DNA of 64,000 bases, taken from positions 326,257 through 390,256 of the forward strand of contig CAVZDB010000005.1 of assembly GCA_963773905.1 (NCBI GenBank). The letters are read 5' to 3'. This document shows, piece by piece, positions 59,980 through 64,000 of this stretch. Both the position numbers and the translations under genes were made by a program. Positions within the stretch are counted from its first letter, which is position 1, and the number at the start of each line of letters is the position of its first letter. Origin of the DNA: an uncultured Acidobacteriota bacterium. Its GTDB lineage: Bacteria; Acidobacteriota; Thermoanaerobaculia; UBA5066; Gp7-AA6. The notes under the pieces were generated by a model. That model did not search any database. It had not been told where the DNA came from and worked only from the letters and a program-made list of their open reading frames with translations.

Positions 59980-61350
59980 TCAGGCGGCTCCCATCAGGAG
60001 CGCCACGGCCCGGTCGAGCCCGATCCCGTGGGACGCCTTGAAGAGGACGACGTCCCCCTCGGAGAGCGTGGGTCGCAGCGCCTCGGCCGCCTCCTCGGCG
60101 GTGTCGACACGGCGCACCCGATCCTCCGGCATGCCGGCGGCGACGGCCCCGGCCGCGAGCTCGCGGGCCCGCGGGCCCACGGCGATCAGGAGGTCGGCCC
60201 GACCGACCGCCGCGGCGCCGGTCTCCCGGTGCCAGCGCTCCTCGTCGGCGCCGAGCTCCAGCATGTCGCCGAGCACCGCGATGCGCCGCACGCCGGGCAG
60301 CGTCGCCAGCGTCTCGAGCGCCGCGCGCATGGAGGACGGGTTCGCGTTGTACGCGTCGTCGAAGATCCGCGCGCCGGACGCATGGGTCTTGAGCTCTCCG
60401 CGATGCTCCGCAGCGCGCAGGCCCGGCGCCGCCTCGGCGCACTCGGAGGGCGTCATGCCGACCGCGGTCCCGATCGCGGCGGCGGCCAGGAAGTTCGCGA
60501 CCTGGTGCGGGCCGGGCACGGGCAGGTCCACCCGCGCCTCTCCCTCCGGCGTGACCAGCAGGAAGCGGCTGCCCCCCGCGTGCGACTCGACTCCCCGCGC
60601 CGCGACGTCCGCGGGCGCGGTCCGCCCGAAGCGCAGGACCCGGCCGTGGTGTCTCGCCGCGATCGCCGCCACCCGCGGGTCGTCGGCGTTGGCCACGAAC
60701 GTGCCCCCGGGCCGCAGCCCCTCGAGGATCTCCGCCTTGGCGTTCGCGAGCTCTTCCATGGAGGGGAAGAACTGCAGGTGCGCTGGGGCGATCAGCAGGA
60801 GCGCGGCCACGTCCGGCTGGAAGGCCCGCGAGAGCGTGGAGAGATCGCCCGGCTCCGAGAGTCCCATCTCGCCCACCAGCCACTCCGGCGCGGGATCGTC
60901 CGGCAGGTTCACGATCGACATCGGGAAGCCAATCTGGCTGTTCTGGTTGCCCGGCGTCTTCGCGACGGCGAATCGCCGCGCCAGGATCGCAGCGGCGAAC
61001 TCCTTCGTCGTCGTCTTGCCGGCGGAGCCCGTGATGGCCGCGAGGCGGAATCCCATTCGCCGCTTGAGCGTCGACGCGAAGCGGCGGAGCGCGGCCACGA
61101 CGTCGCGCACGATCACGACCGGAAAGCCGGCGTGGAGGTCCTCCGGACGCCGCTCGGCGAGGAGTGCCCGCGCTCCCGCGGCGGCGGCCCCGGCGGCGAA
61201 GTCGTGCCCGTCGACCCGGGCGCCCCGGATCGCGACGAAGAGATCGCCCGGCCTGACCTTGCGCGAGTCCACGGCGACGCCCGTCAGCGCGGCGTCGCCG
61301 CTGGCGGGAGCGCCGAGGGAGGAGGCGAGCTCGGCCACGGTGAAGTTCAC
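59980..61350 (-). CDS. murF: UDP-MurNAc-tripeptide--D-alanyl-D-alanine ligase
   Basis: This is the last 456 codons of ORF 59980..62604(-). The GTG 61350 start overlaps the murE stop (GTGA). Motifs: VDSRKVRPGDLFVAIRG...ITGSAGKTTTKE...GEMG...DAYNANP. Confidence 0.9.
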   Translation of the reverse strand: MNFTVAELASSLGAPASGDAALTGVAVDSRKVRPGDLFVAIRGARVDGHDFAAGAAAAGARALLAERRPEDLHAGFPVVIVRDVVAALRRFASTLKRRMGFRLAAITGSAGKTTTKEFAAAILARRFAVAKTPGNQNSQIGFPMSIVNLPDDPAPEWLVGEMGLSEPGDLSTLSRAFQPDVAALLLIAPAHLQFFPSMEELANAKAEILEGLRPGGTFVANADDPRVAAIAARHHGRVLRFGRTAPADVAARGVESHAGGSRFLLVTPEGEARVDLPVPGPHQVANFLAAAAIGTAVGMTPSECAEAAPGLRAAEHRGELKTHASGARIFDDAYNANPSSMRAALETLATLPGVRRIAVLGDMLELGADEERWHRETGAAAVGRADLLIAVGPRARELAAGAVAAGMPEDRVRRVDTAEEAAEALRPTLSEGDVVLFKASHGIGLDRAVALLMGAA

Positions 61351-62846
61351 GCTTGCGCTCGGCCCGCAAACTCCGCTGCGATCCTGCGGTCGTCGAAGGG
61401 AATCTCCTCGGCGCCGATCACCTGCACGGTCTCGTGGCCCTTGCCGGCGATGACGACGACGGATCCGGGAAAGGCGCCCGCGTCGGCTTCGGCCAGCGCG
61501 ATCGCCCGGCGAATCGCCTCGCGCCGATCCGGGATCAGGAGGCTCTCCGCCGCCCCGGCCCTCCGCAGGCCCACCGCGACGTCCTCGAGGATCGCCTCCG
61601 GGCGCTCGGAGCGCGGGTTGTCGGAGGTCGCGATGGCGATGTCCGCCATCCTTCCCGCGATCTCTCCCATCGGGGCGCGCTTGCCGCGGTCCCGGTCGCC
61701 GCCGCAGCCGAAGACCAGGACGATCCGGCGATCCGAGAGCTCGCGCACGGCGGCGAGAAGCCGCTCGAGCGCGTCCGGCGTGTGGGCGTAGTCCACCACG
61801 ATGGGATACGGCTGTCCCGCCTCCACGCGCTCGAACCGGCCCGGCACGTTGGCGACGGACGCCGCCCCCGCGGCGATGTCGGCCGGAGCGATGCCGAGCG
61901 CGAGGCCAGCCGCCGCGGCCGCGAGCAGGTTGGCCACGTTGAAGCGGCCGGCGAGCGGCGAGGAGAGGGCGAAGCGCCCGCCGGCGTGGACTACGTCGAG
62001 CCGCGTTCCCGTGAGGTCGCAGGCGGCGTTCTCGGCGCGGACGTCCGCATCCATGGCGCCGGACGGCGAGAAGCCGAGCAGCGGCGCCGCTTCCTCCGCG
62101 AGGAGCCGCCTCCCGTAGGGGTCGTCCGCGTTCACGACCCCCGCGGCCCCGGGCTTGCGCAGCGCGAAGAGGAGGCGCTTCGCGGCGTAGTAGCCCTCCA
62201 TGTCCCCGTGGAAGTCGAGATGGTCGCGCGTCAGGTTGGTGAAGACGGCGACGTCGAACCGGCAGCCGGCAACGCGCTCGAGCACGAGCGCGTGCGAGGA
62301 GACCTCCATCGCCGCGGCCTTCGCGCCGTCGCGCACCATCTCGGCGAGGAGCGCCTGGATCACGGTCGACTCCGGCGTCGTGCGGTCGGCCGGGACCTCC
62401 CGCCGGGGCGTGCGGTAGCCGACCGTGCCCAGGAATCCGGCCCGTCCGTAGCGCCGCTTCAGGATCGCCTCGAGCAGCGTCGTCGTCGTGGTCTTCCCGT
62501 TGGTGCCCGTCACGCCCGCCAGCACGAGCCGCTCGGCCGGATCGCCGGCGAGCCGCGCGGCGAGGAGTCCCATCGCGCGGCGCGGCTCGGGCACCCGGAT
62601 CCACGGCGCCGCGACGCCGGCCGGCGCCGGCCGGTCGCTGACGACGCCGACCGCGCCGCGCGCGATCGCCTCGGCGGCGTGCGCGAGGCCGTCGGACTTC
62701 TCTCCCCGGATCGCGACGAACAGATCGCCCGCGCGGACGCGCCTTGAGTCGCTCTCGACGCGCAGAACCCCGGCGCCGGGGTTCGTGTTCGAGGAATCCG
62801 CCAACTCGGCGCCCGGCAAGGCGGCGGCGAGCTCCACCAGATTCAC
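61347..62846 (-). CDS. murE: UDP-MurNAc-L-Ala-D-Glu--2,6-diaminopimelate ligase
   Basis: ORF of 499 aa. Motifs: SDSRRVRAGDLFVAIRG...VTGTNGKTTT...MEVSSHAL...NLTRDHLDFHG...DYAHTPDAL...FGCGGDRDRGKR. Confidence 0.95.
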   Translation of the reverse strand: MNLVELAAALPGAELADSSNTNPGAGVLRVESDSRRVRAGDLFVAIRGEKSDGLAHAAEAIARGAVGVVSDRPAPAGVAAPWIRVPEPRRAMGLLAARLAGDPAERLVLAGVTGTNGKTTTTTLLEAILKRRYGRAGFLGTVGYRTPRREVPADRTTPESTVIQALLAEMVRDGAKAAAMEVSSHALVLERVAGCRFDVAVFTNLTRDHLDFHGDMEGYYAAKRLLFALRKPGAAGVVNADDPYGRRLLAEEAAPLLGFSPSGAMDADVRAENAACDLTGTRLDVVHAGGRFALSSPLAGRFNVANLLAAAAAGLALGIAPADIAAGAASVANVPGRFERVEAGQPYPIVVDYAHTPDALERLLAAVRELSDRRIVLVFGCGGDRDRGKRAPMGEIAGRMADIAIATSDNPRSERPEAILEDVAVGLRRAGAAESLLIPDRREAIRRAIALAEADAGAFPGSVVVIAGKGHETVQVIGAEEIPFDDRRIAAEFAGRAQA

Positions 62847-64000
62847 GGAGCCGAAGGAGGCGGAGCCGTCTCCTCCATGCGCCTTCCGAGACCGACGGGA
62901 GCCGACCCGGTGTCGGCGAGGAACAGGGTGTGGATCGCGCCGGGATGGATCGGCGTTCCGGCCGGCGGGTCCTGGGCGACCACGAAGCCGGCTCCCTGGA
63001 TGCGGGCGAGGACTCCGAGTCGGGCGAAGAGCGCGAGCGCCTGGGTGGCCGAGAGCCCGAGGACGCTCGGGGTCTGCTCGGGAGCGTCCACGCGCGGCGG
63101 ACCGCGGCGGGAGGCGACCGGGACGACGCCGGCGGACTCGCGTCGCGACACCGGCACGACGCCGACAGGGTAGTCCAAGGGCTCGCGAGGGGCCGCCTCC
63201 GCCAGGACCGTCGCGGGGACGCGCTGATCCTGCGGCGCCACGCGGAGGATTCCGAGGGCCTGCGAGACGACGCGCTGGAAGAGCGGTGCCGCGACGTCCG
63301 CCGCGTAGTACTTGCCCTGCGGCTCCTCGATGACGACGACGGCCACGACGCGGGGCTTGTCGGCGGGAGCGAATCCCGCGAAGTTGGGCACGTGACGCCC
63401 GGCCTGGTAGCCGCCGACGCCGGCCTTCTGCGCGGTGCCGGTCTTGCCGGCGACCGAGAAGCCCGGGATCGCGGCCTTGGTGCCGGTTCCGTGCTCGACG
63501 ACGCCCACCAGGATCCGGGCGATCGCGTCCGCGGTGGCCGCGGAGATCGCGCGCACCGGCTCCGCCGGCGTGACCGCGTGCGCGTCGCCGCCGGGATCGA
63601 CGATCTTCGTCACCAGGTGCGGCTGGACGAGCAACCCGCCGTTCGCCACCGCCGCCGTGATGCGCGCGAGCTGCAGCGCGTTGAGCGAGACCTCCTGCCC
63701 CATCGAGATCTCCGCGTTCGAAAGCGCGGACCAGCGGGACAGCGGCCGGAAGATGCCGGTGTTCTCGCCGGGCAGGTCCACCCCGGTGGACCGGCCGACC
63801 CCGAAGGCGCTCGCGCCGGCGTAGAGGCGGCTCGGACCGAGGCGCAGGCCGACGCGGATGATGCCGATGTTGGAGGAGTGCTCGAAGATTCCGCCGAGCG
63901 TCAGCGCGCCGTAGCGGTGATGGTCGGCCTCGGTGATGGTCGTGTTCGCGACGCGGATCGAGCCATCGCCGGTGTCGATCGTCTCGTCGAGCGACACGAG
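62843..64000 (-). CDS. ftsI: Class B penicillin-binding protein FtsI: transpeptidase domain plus C-terminal PASTA domain (5' end lies beyond the right edge)
   Basis: The ORF is open to the window edge. Motifs: ...SSNIGII..., AGKTGTA (KTG motif), and C-terminal LGLSATQALALFARLGVLARIQGAGFVVAQDPPAGTPIHPGAIHTLFL, which is PASTA-like. Confidence 0.9.
   Translation of the reverse strand, partial: LVSLDETIDTGDGSIRVANTTITEADHHRYGALTLGGIFEHSSNIGIIRVGLRLGPSRLYAGASAFGVGRSTGVDLPGENTGIFRPLSRWSALSNAEISMGQEVSLNALQLARITAAVANGGLLVQPHLVTKIVDPGGDAHAVTPAEPVRAISAATADAIARILVGVVEHGTGTKAAIPGFSVAGKTGTAQKAGVGGYQAGRHVPNFAGFAPADKPRVVAVVVIEEPQGKYYAADVAAPLFQRVVSQALGILRVAPQDQRVPATVLAEAAPREPLDYPVGVVPVSRRESAGVVPVASRRGPPRVDAPEQTPSVLGLSATQALALFARLGVLARIQGAGFVVAQDPPAGTPIHPGAIHTLFLADTGSAPVGLGRRMEETAPPPSAP

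Noticed and set aside
1-64000. Mobile elements, prophage or defence systems, tRNA and rRNA genes.
   Set aside because: I recognised no transposase, integrase, phage, restriction, toxin-antitoxin or Cas motif in any frame. No tRNA-like or rRNA-like segment was noticed. The only rearrangement signatures are the GT4 stub and the decayed repair genes.

Overview
This is a 64-kb window of very GC-rich bacterial chromosome. The gene content (a CarboxypepD_reg-type TonB receptor, many sigma-54 features) suggests an Acidobacteriota-like organism, but that is inference only. I saw no rRNA, tRNA, CRISPR array, transposase or integrase.

Layout:
- 0-11 kb: mgtE (partial), a DUF1223 gene, a TonB-dependent receptor, a MocR-type regulator, a GT39-like membrane protein, and a Ser/Thr kinase with a receiver protein.
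- 11-39 kb: an unusually dense run of stress and anhydrobiosis genes. These include a ferritin-like protein, a PNPOx (general stress protein 26 type), a CBS protein, a DUF2231 protein, an iron permease, two BON proteins, two DUF1328 proteins, an lmo0937-like protein, SOD, hemerythrin, a GH15 enzyme, two otsA/otsB modules, a hydrophilin, a metallothionein and Ku.
- 39-50 kb: a DUF748/AsmA-like envelope operon, a PAS histidine kinase with its response regulator, an AI-2E transporter, a DUF6600-like protein and pyruvate kinase.
- 50.6-64 kb: a dcw cluster on the minus strand, in transcription order ftsI-murE-murF-mraY-murD-ftsW-murG-murC-ftsQ-ftsA-ftsZ.

Main findings:
- About 20 correctly oriented sigma-54 (-24/-12) promoter matches sit in front of most transcription units outside the dcw cluster.
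- Four of these loci are back-to-back divergent promoter pairs.
- Three sites have a fixed TTGC(A/G)-N12-start-codon geometry, which implies leaderless mRNAs.
- A REC-AAA+ activator with no DNA-binding domain is coupled to a stand-alone DHp protein and is a candidate regulator of these promoters.
- A DNA-repair islet (UDG, LigD polymerase domain, one unknown gene) is riddled with frameshifts.
- Other oddities: a 27-bp tandem repeat, a truncated glycosyltransferase stub next to Ku, an internally deleted otsB paralog and a frameshifted hybrid kinase.

All protein calls come from motif recognition by eye. No database search was run.
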